From a virus (lineage: Duplodnaviria > Heunggongvirae > Uroviricota > Caudoviricetes): a stretch of 64,000 nucleotides of DNA. The DNA lies in IMG/VR virus record IMGVR_UViG_3300023174_000034. One strand, 5' to 3'. The notes below the pieces were generated by a model, which was given only the letters and a program-made list of their open reading frames with translations, was not told where the DNA came from and searched no databases. A program made the position numbers and the translations under genes. Below, one piece after another: positions 27,726 to 42,700 of this stretch (its first letter is position 1; the number at the start of each line of letters is the position of its first letter).

Positions 27726-30700
27726 TATAAGTCTACCCAAATAGAGCCCTGATAAATCGATGTTGTCGTAGATGACAAGTATGTTGCTGAATTTGATCCA
27801 CCAACAATACCGTTTTCCACGGTTACATCTTCTGTGATAGCAGTAGTGATGTCACTGACAATCAGCTGTGATACCGTTGCATCGCTTACCAAACTACCAA
27901 CAACGTGTACTGATGCTACGCTGGTACGCAATGTGCCACGGCGCAGATCTTGCAGTTTGTTATTGGCACGATCAATTGCCAAATAAACAATCTTTTCTGC
28001 ATTGACCCAAACACTACCAGAATCCGGTAAAACGTTAGCATTTGTTATTGAAATTTCTGTAGCATCATAACTCAGGTTAGACGATAACACAGTTGTATTT
28101 GCAGAGGCCAAACGATAGTAAGTGCTTGGTAACTTGTAATCAGTGAAGATTTTATACCCAATTACATCAGTATAGTCTGGAACTCCATTCACAGCATTGG
28201 CAGTGAACACGTTCATTTGCAAGCTATCAATCACTTGTCCTGGCACCAGCTCTTCAGGAGCATGACTAGAATATGTATCAATGAACTTACCGCCGTCAAT
28301 GACAATGTCTTCTGGACGTTGTCCTAGTACACTATCTGTAAAGTCACTGCTGATATCTGTGTCAAGTCCAAGTGCATCCTCTGTAGTATCAGTAAATGAT
28401 TTACCAAGTACCTTGCTACCAGTGTATCCTGTGCCTGGAATCAGATCCGGGATGTCTTTTTCTAATCCACTCAACACTCCGCCAATGTTATAGTTGACAA
28501 GTCTGGTGATCACTGTGCCATCCTGGATGCCTAGTGTGGCATTGCCTTGTATTGTGAATCCAACCTGCACTTGACTAATATTGGCAAAAGTCAATACTGA
28601 CACATTGCCGGGCAGGTCTTGTGTTGCAGTCAATTGGCTAATAGTTCCAGTTGGGTCACTGAATGTGATTACATTGCCTGAGAACACACCGCTTACGTTA
28701 CCGGTAATTGGCAACAATGGCTTGCTAATTTCAGCCACTGTTGTGTTGACACTGACTGCACGATAGTCTAAGTTAACATTGTCAACTGTGCCTGGAGCAT
28801 ACTGCCAGCTATAGTTTGCAAACTTACCAACATAACGAACACGAGCATTTGCAGGAATACCAGCACCAGCAATGATCCAATTACTTTGTACACGGTCGTC
28901 ATAATCAGTTACGTAGATACGTGTGTCACCAATTGCTACATTGTCACGAACAGTCAGGGTGAGAGTATCTGTACCGTTGCTCGCAGTAATAGTATCCCCT
29001 GCAGAAATAGTATCTGTCAGTACATATGCAAACGATATAAACTTTGCGGTGCCAGTGGCAACGTTTGTCTCGCCGAATGTTACTGTGATTTCATGTGTGG
29101 TTGTACCAACTACCACGCCAGATACCACTGCATCGCTAGGCAACCCACTGGCATAACAAGTCATACCTATAACAATGCCAGAAGCGTCTAGGTCAGCTGC
29201 CGGAATACTAATTACTCTAGAAGTAATCCCAGTACCAACTGCCCAGCTTGCACTTTCGCGGCGACTAGCAACACTCATACTTGGATCAATTGATCCAATT
29301 TCAATATAGGCTTCTGCTTCTACGCCCGGGTATCCCCACAGCACAATACTACGAGTACCAACCACAACAAACTTATCTCCGTCCCAGGTGATGTCCGTAA
29401 AGTTAATGTCTGAAATCCTATCGCGTGTTAGTGGTGCAATAAAATTGCTATCGTTAAACTTACGGAAGTTGTTGAACATGTACAGGCCGTGGTCAATAAC
29501 TGTTTTACCAATTGTGTCTGGCGCAATTTCCGCACGTCCGTCTTGTATCTGTATTGGTAAGTTGAATTGGTTCCAGATCAATGTTCCTTGTGATCCAACT
29601 GCTACCACCCAATTGGTACGTTCATCGGTTACTGCAATACTGTTCAATTGCTGTCCGCTTAGATCGTCTTGCAGGCCTTTGACGTCAACTGGAACATCTA
29701 ACGATCTCCATGGATAACTTAAATTATCATTTTTACCAGCATTATAATTATATCCGCTGACAAACCCTTGTAGGTAATCTTCCAGTGCGTTAAATGTAAT
29801 AGCATTGATAGCACCGTTGACACCACAGGTAAAGACCACGCCGGCCTTCATGCGTTTCTTTGTCGTGCCATCTGATTCTATATAGTATCCAGAAGTAGCT
29901 TGGATTTCAACATCATATGTTGTGCCATCAATGTCAGTTAGGTAACCTCGATCAACTGCAATAACTTTCAAATAATTTTGTGCAATCAATTGTGATTGTA
30001 CTTTAATGTTGAACCAACCTTCGAATGTTTTAGTAGTTAGATCGCTGTTGCCACGTGGGTTAGCTAGAATTGATCCGTTATTGCCAACAACAAGAATATA
30101 ATTGCTATAAGAAGTTGCAACACCAGTACCACTTGTCAAGTCAAGAGTTTGTGCGGTGTTTTCTTGTATTTTACCCAATGGGTTATCAATACTTGCATCG
30201 TAGTAATATTGATCAATTGCTTCTTGTGTCCAATCAATGCCGTTATCAGTAGAATAAATTGCACCTTGATTGGCCACAACCACCCAGGTGTAATTGTTGT
30301 AGAAGAAAACATCGCGACCATTGATTGTGGTGTCTGTGATACGGTTTGTTATCCATGTAATGCCGTCAGCACTTACACCAATCAAACTGCTGTCGCCAAC
30401 TGCGGCATATTGGTAGCCGTGTTGTACAGGATAGAATGCTGAGTGTCGTACTGCATTCCATTGTTTACCAACTGAAATAATCTGATTGTTAATTTCGCTT
30501 GGATCCAAACGAATTGTATTTGGAGTGCTGTAAATACGTGCGCTATCTGGACTACCTGGTTTTAGGTAGGCCGCCACACGATCAACTGCATTGTCAAGAT
30601 CGCTTCCAAATAGTTTTTCAACAATCAATGGATTTTCAAATATATTCAAGTCAATGGTACTGCGACCTGTTAGAGTTTTTAACACCCGGTATACAAAACT

Positions 30701-33700
30701 AAAGCGTGGTAAAGAACGTTCAGTGTAATTTACAAAATTACTTGCACGAACATCATCAATCACAATCAAGTCACCAGGGTGGTAAATTTCGTATGGTTTC
30801 CATTCACGTAAAGAACTGTTATAACTCACCCGGTCAAATTTGATCTTGGTAAGAATGCCACGAATCTTTTTGTTTAGAGTGGCCGACGTGATTGCTGTTC
30901 CAAGTGTTTGTACCAGTTGCACTGCGGCAGTTGCGCCAGTACCGTTGCCTCCTGTAAATTCCACAATAGGTGTGCTGGTGTAGCCTGAGCCAGAGTTTGT
31001 TAGTATAATATCTGTGACTACTCCATTTATAATCACCGAGCGAGCAGTAGCACCTGTACCGCCACCACCAGTAATCTTAACGCGAGGAGCTTCGGTATAT
31101 CCACTTCCGCCGTAATTCAGATTCAAAGTTTGAATTTGATATGTGTAATGATTCAACCAGTCTGCGCGACCAGTGTTTTGAATCAACTTCAAATCAGTTG
31201 AATTGTTTGGATCTAAAATACGATACGCACTAATAGTCTTGTCATACACACTCGAGAAGTCAAAGTCGCTCAGTCCTGTGCCTAGTATTTCAGTGCCTTC
31301 GTAGTCCAACAGATATTCTCGAATCTGTGTACGATATGGTTTTACTTCGTTAATATATTTTTCGTAGTAGTCTTGGTTATCTTTGATATAATTAGGAAAT
31401 TGTTCCAGCTTACGAATCTTGTGTAACACACTGATCAAACTGGTCTTAACTGCCCAGTCAACACTTAACTGTTCACTTAAAATATAATTAAGCAACGTAA
31501 AGAACAGATTGTTAACTTCTACAGAATCTGTTTCTATAAAAATATCATATGCCAATGATTCAAAAATATTGCGTAACTCAAGAGCTTGTGTGGTTGAGAA
31601 TCCAACCTGGTCAAACGCAGAGTTATCAAACCCTGACCGAGATTGGGTGCTGTCATATAATGCTGTACTTAACGCAATAGTACCTTTTTCTACAATAATT
31701 TCTTCAAGACTGCTGTCGCTAGCCACACGGTACACAGTGTATGCACCTTTTCCAGTGTCAGTAACTTTAACAGTATCGCCAACATCTAGTGTTAATCTCA
31801 ACAAGTCAGTATAACGAGCCACAGTATAGTTAATGTCAGTATAAGCATCAACATCAGTTGCATACCAATTGGCATAATTCCACCAACGAGTAGTATCGTA
31901 ACTTTGAATACGGATCATGCGGAATCCAACATATTGTTGGTATTCATATATTGTCCAGAATCCATAAAAGTCAGAGTCAGTATTTACTAAAACTTTGTAT
32001 CCAACAAACAACTCACTGCTTGGAATATATTGTAATTGTTCGACTGTGTCAACTGAGGTGTTGTAATAACCTGTCCCAGCGACCGGAACAGGTTCTTGTT
32101 TTAATAAACGTGCAAAGTTTTTTGTGTATGTAATTTTCTTTGTTGCCAACACATTGTTCACAAATGTAACAAACACTTGAACAGCGCCTGTAGAGTTTTT
32201 AATCATGCTCTGGCGTGGTAAATTGTTAATGCCATATGCGTCAGCATCGCTTAATTTCAAGTCTGGAACAACACTACCTGTTGAATTTTCACCACTCAAA
32301 CTGTCAATTAGTTTGCTAATCAACTTGCTAGGAATTTCGCTATTGTTGCTGCCTTGCTGGATTAACTCATACTCGTTGTGACTAATAATATCGCCAAGAA
32401 CTCGACTGTATTCCACACGGAATATGGTACGATCTGAATTCAATGAGTTCTTGACATTGTACAAGTTGAAAGCATTGTTGGCAATGGCCGCAAAATAAGG
32501 AATGCCTTGTGCTTGAGGATTTGTTATCAAGCGCTCAAGCGTCACAACAGAATTGGTTCTGCGTGTTTTTGTTGTGTCAATACTTTGTTTGTTAATCACC
32601 CAATAGTAGTACTTGGTTTTGATAAGACCGGATTGTATGTCAAAATATGTGTTCTCAACGTATGCGCTGTTATCAGAATACTTGGCTTGGCCGTCACCCA
32701 CTTCAGCCGCATAATCACTTGGCAGATAATTGGATCCGACCCATTCACAGACCTGGATCATACTGTCCGGGAATAACTGTCCCCAACGGTTGCTACGATA
32801 GTTGATAGGACCTTGCTCGTAGTTGATATAACGAGCCAGCGATAAATCCCACCATGTTTGTGTTTCTTGCATTTCGCCCCAGCTTGAATCCGTAGCAATA
32901 GTTACAGTTGCCAATGATCCGCGATTGTACTGTGCAGGGTCATAACTTGATTTGTAATCCAAGTCCTGATCAGCAATACCTAGAATCTTACCTTTGGCAG
33001 GATCAAAGTAATCTAGATCTTTCAAATTAACTTGTTTCTTTTTATCATAGATCAAGCCCTTGTTGATGTAGTCAATGTCAATTTCTTCGCCGCGTTCACG
33101 CAAGCGTCCCCAGCCCTTGACATTACCGTCATTGATAAACAAGTGGGTCGCACCTGCTAGTGTGCTGTGATAACTGCTGTTTTCTGCACCAACTAATGCC
33201 CAGCCATTGTTGATATCAACTGAGCTACCAAAGTTATCTCCAGTTAGCACATAAGCATTTTGTAACACTTGGTTATACAATAACTTACCAGGGTTTGCTA
33301 ATGTTTCTCCCGGAGGATTCAAGTAATCGTACACATAAACAGCACCAGACGCATTCAAGCTGTCAATAAAGCGAGTGGTATCTTTATCAAATAATGTTGT
33401 TTCGTTATCAAACGTAGAAGTCTTAAGAGTGTTACCACCCTCGGATGCAATCAATACAGTCTTACCAGTATCATCAATTGCCACCTTGGTACCAAATCTT
33501 TCCGGAACACCATAACGTGGGTGTTGTAAAGTTTGGGTGAGTTCATAAATTTTTAGTCCTAGTCCGTCTAGTGCAGTACCTGTACCAGGCAAAATATCTA
33601 ATCGAGTCAATGCGTATTGATCACCAATTGTAATTTTAAGTAGCCCATCGACCACAGCCGTATCAACAGCAACCAATCCACCTTGTTCAAAATTACGAGC

Positions 33701-36700
33701 GATCTTGCTAAGGTTATCACCAGCACGTACAAAAGATAGTGCATCGCCTGCTGTGATTGTAACAGGTGCGCTGACTATAACGTTTGCCACCAGCGGCAAT
33801 GTAGTATCAGCCCATTCTACAAACTTAACTTGGAATGCTTCAGGAATGTCGGGTCCTACCAGCGTGTCTCCCACTACCAACCCAACGTTTGGTGTAAAAC
33901 TAACTTTGGTTGATACGCTACCATATACCGCAGAGACGTTGTTTATCAAGCCAGGTACAATCTCATTGAATGTGACTGTCCTATCGTTGACTTTAATAGT
34001 GTCGCCTAATGTTAGTGCAACGTCTAGGAAAGTTTTTTCAGTTGTAGCTGTACCATAAAATAGCCCTTTGTTTACATAGCGATATACAGTACCATTGTAA
34101 TAATCGTCATCGCGATAGCCTGGACTACCAATTGCAAAACTAGTGTTGTCTGGAGCAATATCTACACTATAACCAAATCGTCCTAGATTAACAATACTTG
34201 GACAAGGAATTACCTGTATGATATTAAAGAAGTTTGTGTCAATCTTGATTTTAGCACCGTTACGTGGTGCAACAGTAAACACTACCGAGCTTCCTTCGAT
34301 AATGTAATCTACGTTCTCGGCCAATAAAATACTGTCCAAGCTCACACTTAGAACAGAACGTACTGCTTCTAGGGTGAACACGCTTAATGTGCCAATGGAT
34401 AGAATAACTTCGTAACTGCGAGAGAACACATAAGCACGTCCAGCACTTGGTATGGTTTCTAAATCTGCATTCTCTTCATCCATGTCAGGCGCCCCTACTA
34501 ACAATCGGTAGCCACCTTTATCAATTTTTACACTCCACCCAAAATTGGCATCTGCATTGATTGCATCAGTTGGAACTATTGTTTCAACCAACTGATAAAA
34601 TACATCACGCTGATTGGCAACAATACTTGGCTCAGTTAAAAAGCTGTCATCCAAGAAAATTAAGTTACTACCAATAACAGTGTATTCCTTGTTGGGCACA
34701 AATACCCGGCCAGTGGCACCGTACACCAATAATTGATCTATTGTTTCAGGACGACTGGCCAATTGATATGTTCTCTGAGTTAAATTTCTAATAACAGTTG
34801 GTATGATATTTGTTTGCAAACGTTGACGTGTGATGTATATTTTGTCCTGGCTAGCAATACGTGCGTAGTCTGCCCAGTAGATACTACCAATGGAGTCAAC
34901 TGTGTAGTCAAAATTTGGTTCGTAAATTTTACCACTGCTACCAAGAACTTTTAATTCTTGAGCACTACGTAACCCAGTTAAATTTGTACTGTATGTCAGC
35001 TGATTAAGTACTGGCGTCAACGTCACACGTTGATACGCTTGTGTACGTTTACCGTAAGCATAGACTTTGTTGGCACCAGGTGCGCCCACATAGATCCATT
35101 GCTGGTCGTCACTGATTGCTACAGAATGACCAAATCGATCGCCGGGCTCGAGAGTTGGTGGAAATAGCATTTGGTAGCTGATCCATTGAGAACCCAAGGT
35201 CTGCGAAACCAACACACCACCTTGTTCTGCATAAGTCCCAGGTGCACCAATTGCTGCAAGCGTGGTGCCTAGGTCAATACTATAGCCAAATTCTCGTGCA
35301 TCGCTGTTGAATGGCTTGATTAACTGGGTTTCTTCAACACCAGTCAATGTCTGATTAGGACGTAGGAAAGTCTTGACTTGTCCGGTTGGCATAATCGCCT
35401 CAACAATGGCGCCGCTGCCTGACCCAGATAGGTCAACAACTTCGACTGTTGGCGGAACTAGATAACCTTGGCCGTAACTGAGGACCGTACCGGAAATAAA
35501 ATCGCCAATACCATCAACAGTGTGTCCAATATTACCAGTTGCGCCCGATCCTCCACCATAATAGATATTGGCAGTGGCAGTGGCAGTGGCATATCCAGAA
35601 CCAGTGGTGTACACTGATACGTTGCCAACAGCACCATTGGCATATACGTTTACGTTTCCAAGGAACCCGCTTCCACTGACGCTATTTTCAATAGTGATAA
35701 TTGATGTGTTGCCATAACTCTTGCCACGGTTCGTAACAGTGACACTTGACACTCCACCGTTACCATAGAAATTCAATGTTGCGGCAGCATCTATTCCGCG
35801 ATCGCGTGTGTCTGCTTGAATAACAAGAACTGGCTCGCGATAGTCCTGCCCTTTGTCTGAAATAATTAAATTTGCAACTGTGGTTGATTTTAATTTCACT
35901 CGCAAATCAACTGGTGTTGCGTTGTTGGTCAATAGTGTAATCTCAGGAGTTTCGTAATATCCGCTTCCAGCGTTTGTTACTGTGACTGATTGGATCACTC
36001 CGCCAGATATTGCGGCCACTGCTCGAGCTCCGGTGCCACCACCGCCCACAATGTCAATTTGCGGATTGATCGTGAATCCACTACCGCCATCCACAACTTG
36101 AATATAATCAATAGTTGTTGGAGTCAATCGAGCCCGTACTCCACCTGCAAGACCTCGAGAGAATGTGACTTGGGTGCCAGATCTAACACTGAGTGCTGTG
36201 GTTACCAACCAAGAAGTGGATGACCCGGACCCGAATAAAATTTCAACATTTACTACCAACGTTTGGTCTACAAAACTTACAACATAACCTTCCATGTATA
36301 CAGTGTTGTCGTTTGTTTTATAAATTCTGATACCTTGGTCTGGCACAATGCTAGTGCTATTGGCTGTTACTGATGTGACAAATGTTTTCTCGCCAAGGCC
36401 AGCAGTCATGCTAGTGGCAGATGAAAAAGTTGGCACAGGTGGGCCATCAATTTTAATTTTGAATTGTGCCTCAGTGATATCAACCACTTGTGATTCATCA
36501 GGAATACCACGACCAGAGATATAATCGCCAAGATACACACGGCCCATGTCACCAGCTGACAAAAATAAGTATTCGTCAGTTAATGTTTCTGCGGTAGTAA
36601 CTGTGGTGTATTGATCTACAACTGTCACATTCGGAGCAAAGGTATAACCATATCCGCTGGTAATCAAGTTGGCAAGCACAAGAGTTCCTGTGTCTTTTAG

Positions 36701-39700
36701 CGCAGTAAATTGTGCCAGTTGCCCAGTGGGGCCAGTGGGATATGAAATACGTACAGCCGGACTTTCGTAGTTTGCTCCAGGGTTGATAACACGTAACCCC
36801 AATAATGACCCAGTTGTAAATCGCGGTGTTCCGGCCAATATCAATTGGTTATCAACACTTAGTTTAACTTCAGCGCCGTATCCTTCTTGATAACGATCCT
36901 CGCCAAGACGCAGTGGTAGCACCTGATTAAATGCCCATCCGTCGGTTTTTTCAAACACACCCCAAACATCAGTTGCAGTATCGTTATCAATCCATACGCG
37001 GTCTTTATCTCTCCAGCCGTGTGGTGGAGTAAAATCAATGATGTTGCTCACGCTGGCAAAGCGCACACTCTTCATGCGTAAGTATACTCCGCTGCCTGTT
37101 GCTGTAGACACTTGCTGGAAGAAACTCAGGCCACGGTATCCAGTAACAGTAATACTCAAACCGTCTTCGACTGTTATCACGCGATAAAAACCATCGAATG
37201 AGTTATCGTTAAAGTTTTTAACCACAACAAATTCGCCCGGGCTGGTAACGTGCGGCTTATCAAACACAAACAATAATGTAGTTGGTGTTACTCTTGTGAT
37301 TGATACCAACAGAATGTCTGTTTCTGTGGCACGATATATGTTCCACATTTTATCAGTATCAACTGCTACCCATAACTTGTACCCTGAGCCAAGGTTGGCA
37401 ACTAATCCAAAATAATTTTGGTAATTGGCAATATCGTACATGGTGCCATCGATGTCATCAATGCGCGGATATCCAGCAGTGACATTGTCACTGATTCGAG
37501 GTCTGTAATCACTACGTGCCTTGACAATGTTTTTGCTGTAGATTTCTTCACTGGTACGATAGATTGTGCGTGGATTGAAATTGATGGCACCTGACACATC
37601 AGATTCGCCCAAGTTTGATAGAACAATAGTAGATGGGTCTTCTGTAAATTGTTGTTCGTCTAGGGTTACTTCAATAAATTGGTCACTGCCAGTTGCGCCA
37701 TATTCGCCAACACGTAATGCCCATTCTTCGTAGTACGAAACTTCACTAGACACGCGATCAAACTGTCCAGCAGTTAAACTAGTGATAGCATTTTTTGTGC
37801 CTTTTTGCTTGATGTAGCCTTGGTAGAATTTAAGTTGGCTTGTGCGATCAATTCCAAGATCCTGCAAATAATCACGGTTACGGAAACCAATCAGGCCATT
37901 ACTGTATTGGTCAAATATTTCATTACGATTCATTTGGTCTGGATCGTAAAACCCGCGGAAACTATTTGCGGCGTTGGAGAAATTGGTCAACAATCCGGTC
38001 TTGATCTGATCCTTGTCAATTGGGCGCCAATAGGTAAAATCAAACTGTGTGCTTTCTGGCACACGTTGCAGGGCCATGTAATATTTGTCTTTGTATGCTA
38101 CCAAACTGCCCAGGTTGTAACTGGCATTTTGCACCCAGTCTGCAACTGTTTCGTCATTGTAGATATAACCTGGGGCATTCAATTGTCCGTTCCAGTTTCC
38201 GGACTTGTATCCAATCAAACGCAAACGATATTGTCTATTGCCTAGCTCTGGTTGATAGATAACATCATTGAAAACTGTGGTATTATCAAAGATCAGTACA
38301 TGTTCGTAACTGACCAATGTTAAATCAGCCAGTGCAATCATTTTGTTATACAATGCCGTTGCAGTAAACACACCGTTGTCTCGAGTGACACTATACTCGC
38401 CGTGGCGTATCAATGAAAAGTTCTGATCTAATAATCGATTTCCATCAGACTTGTTAGAGATGTTATCAACCACGCCGTTTTCGGACACCACTGTAATTTT
38501 GCTACCAATCGGACTTAGAATGATTACACTGCCAGTTCTCCACCCCTGTTGCACCCATGTCAACAGTTCACGAATGCTTAGATCCCAGTCACGTGTGATG
38601 CCAAGGTCTGGATCAACATCAGAAAATACAAATCCAATTGAGCGCAGATATCTGCTGTAGCTAACGAAGAAGTCTGCGATTTGTTGTAGATTGGTAAACT
38701 CTGTGCCGTAAGGCACTGCTAGTTTTAATAATTTGTAATCTTTGTATACTGCGACACTTTGATTAACTTCTGTCAAGGTATAGGAATTGTTGTTTGGCTC
38801 ACTTGGTACTACTGTAAAGTATGGACGAGACGCATCGTAGCCGCCAACCTTGTAGCCTCGATCAGTTTTCTCAACAATAACTGCACTGTAGGTCAAACGT
38901 TTAATCGGTGTGCTCTTGTTCAAGTACACACGATAGTTTTCGTCTGGAACTACGATATTGCGACCGCTACCGCCTGGTGAACTTTGTTCGGCAATAACTT
39001 CTAACATTTTTTTATCAGTGAACCCAGCAACTCTATAGTTTAATCGTACATCAAGTTTTGTTAAGGAATCACTCAGCTTAGATGCACTATCAATACCTTT
39101 GTATTTCAAATAATCGCGCACCCAGTTTGCATACCCAGCTGTTAACACAGGGGTGGCCGTCCCTAGTCCAATATTTGGTACCAACAATGAGTTTGGTGTT
39201 AGTCGTTGTCGGGTACCCGAGTAAACAATTTGTCCAATTTCTGTATCGTACTTGTAACGACTGTTATCAAACAACGTACCGATATAAAATGCCGGGCGAG
39301 CTAGCATCATTGCAATTTGCACAGCATAAGGATAGTTACTGCTACGTCTCCAGGCTGTTTCAACAGGGCCGTGGTCACCAATAGCAAAACTCAAACTAGT
39401 ATCGTCAGCATTGAAATTTGCTACCAATAACTTTACAGGTTCAATTAGATTGCCGTTGTAGTCAACAGGAACAATCTTACTCAGTCCTGGACGTGCAAAA
39501 CGTGTATCGATACCAGCGCGAGCTCCTTGTAAGATTCGTCCTGCTTCTAAGTCTTCCCACAAAACTTTGTTGCCGCTTGTGTATGGTGCTGGACCATAAG
39601 CGCCTTCCCACCAACTTGGTTGTTGACTAAATCCTAGCATCTCCCACGGAGCATAATGAGGACGATCGGTATCGTAGTATTGTTTATAGATACCTCTCCA

Positions 39701-42700
39701 GTACCCAGGCAGCTCGTTACCTTGTAAATCAGTAAATCCTTTATAGTTCCACGACCATGGATCGTTTGGATTGAACCACTTGTTTTCACTATAGTCTAAC
39801 TTGTTAGTGCCGATCCAGCTCAAGAAACTACGTGTCAAAAGTTGATCAAATTCATTTCGTGTGTAGTCAGATGAACGATAATGCCCTGGTAGTGTATTAA
39901 AAATTTCCAACAAGGTATCGTCGTAATTTACTTTGATATTGTTATAGATGCGAAGCTCAAGTTCCATTAACAATTGGTCGCGGTAATCACCAAATGCCGG
40001 AGTCAAACTACCATCATGACCTTGTATTACCTGGGTTGGCACACGGTATGTGGTATCCAGTAACATTGTGGGAATAAACTTTGGATACAATCCAAGTTTG
40101 GTCGGAGTCTCAGGAACGTAACACTCAGTTGTGTTGGTACAATCCACAATGTCAAATTGTGTTGTGTATTTTAGCACCACGTGATCTGCAATTACAATGC
40201 TAGAAATATCTGTTGCAAATGTGTAGTCAATGCCAATTATCAGCTGACGGTATGTGCTATCTGTTGTGTCTTTCAAGTATACCAAGACACTGCGACGGCT
40301 GAGCACAGTGGGATCAAATGTATTTGGAATCAAATATGTGCGCTGACGTGTATTCAATACTGGCAATGTTGTTTTTGTCTTGAACTTAGAGCCCCACATC
40401 AACATGTCACTGTCATACCACGGAGCCATTGAGCTCTTGCCCAACATGATGCTAGACATAATGGTATCAACTGATCCAGGAATATCTTTTACGTTAACTT
40501 GAATCTTGCCGGCCTGGTCTAAGAAACGATTCTTAAACTTCACATATTCTCGCTGTGCATATTCTGTAGCCTGTACGATATCTAGATCTTTATCAATCAT
40601 AAACAAACTAGGCATGCTCATCGAACTAGCATGTTGCAAGATGCTGCCTTGCCAGGATTTTGTATTCAGGTCGCGTAAATTATTACTACCCAATGCTTGC
40701 CCAACAACACCATAATTGTTGTCTGTTTGTGCAACCAAGTGATTACGGATTTGTCCTAGTGTTAAAAAATTAAAACTGCTGTTTAGAGGATTGTAATCCA
40801 GATTGATTGGAGTATCGTATCGACCCAATACGCTTTGTTGTTTACTATAAACTTTAACGACCACAAGATCACCGGTTGTTAAATAATTAGAGTTGATAAC
40901 AACTGCGCGGCGGCCTCCATATTGATCAACAGTATATGCTGTTTCGGGCACACGTTTGCCTGCAACATAAACTTTTAGATACGGAATAGTCTTAGACTCA
41001 AGTGGCGTTACATCTATCTCGAAATAATTGGTAGTGCCATCAAATTCCGAAGTAATAGATTGATACTGTTTGCTGTCTTCGGTTATTTGAGTCCAAATAT
41101 TTTTTAATTTGAATCCTGCATCAGTTTTTTGTTTTAGAACAAAGTTACTGATTGCGACAGTGTCTTCATTGAACCCATTCAAATAATTAAAGGATTCGTT
41201 TTGGAAATAGTTAGAAAACTCAATGTCGCCAACGTTGTTGAAATTCTTGTACACCAACGGGAACTTCAGCACAGGATCTTGTGTTCCAGTACCCACGCGG
41301 TAACCAAAGATTTTTGTGCCAAAGAACTTGCTGCCAGGATATGCTGTGGCGTCGGCTGCGCTGTACCCATCGGTATTGAATGCATCAAACAACGGCTCTT
41401 GATTGATATTAGATTTTTGTTGTGCAGGCAACCACTCGGTACCGTTAAAATAGTATTGGTTGTATGCAACAATATTTGTTGCTGTTTGTGTTTTGTTAGC
41501 CGGGGTGTTTACTAGTACAGTATCCCCTGCTTCGTACGTTTCCGGGGTTGTGTCGTTTACATCAATTGCAGAATTCTCAAGATTGATCAACGATAATGCC
41601 TCTGCGGCCAATGTAAATATTACTTCAACATCAACAAATGCAGATTGATCAATGTCTACAATAACTCGAGCTTCAAATGTATTTGACGCTGTTTGTTCGT
41701 ATACAAATCCTACTACCACAGGAATGTCTGCACCAGTTGTGATACCAATACCGTTTGAATCAAACGAACTTGTAATCTTGGATCCAACTACGATATCAGT
41801 GAAACTAGAAACAGCCAGTACACGATTACCTGGATAAAATACATCTAATGTTCTATCATTGATATCTTTATAATTTACAAGGCCAGGTGTGCCAAGGCAA
41901 GTTGCTAACAAAGTAACAGATGGATACCGTGGCTGTATGGTAGCTACAGGTGCGCTTGCATAACCTGCACCTTCATCGCTGATGGCAATATAGTCAATTT
42001 CTGCTTGCTCTAACTCAACACTCATTACTGCATTATTAGACAGTTTAACTGGTGTTGCCGACGGCAAAGTAACAGCACGGCTCAATGTAATTCTGTTGAT
42101 ATAAGAATCAACCGCAGTGACTCTAATGTCAGCCAATAGGGTATCGGCTAAAGTTTGAAACACCATGCCAGGTTGTATACCCAGCACAGAATTTAATGTT
42201 ACCACAGTTCCTTCGAGAACTTCATTCACAAGAAGGAATCCAGTTTTTGTATTTCCAGCAACCCGTGCACCACTACCACGGCCGTCGGTGGTAAAGAATC
42301 TGTTTTGTGCAGTTACAAATATGCGAGAACCAGCTGGCAAATCAATCTGCTCGCCGTCACTATCCAAGCTGTCAATGACATTGCTTAGGATCAATCGGTC
42401 GCTGTCAATACTATCTACTGTTAAAATTTGAGCATTGGTTTTGGACACGTCCATGAAAAAACGATAGTCTGCATCATACGGACCTGTTGTGTCTGTTGTG
42501 GCGTACGGAGTTTGTCCAAAATCTGTGTAGATTTCGTCTCCGTTTACTGCGGTAATCAAAAATACCAACCAACCGGGTTGTACCGGAATTAGATCATCGC
42601 TGTTGGCAAAATACAATATATCAGTACCATGTGTTACTGTTTGTGATGTTGTTAATTCTAATCCACTCACAACATCAACTGTGATGCCCGAACTAATAGC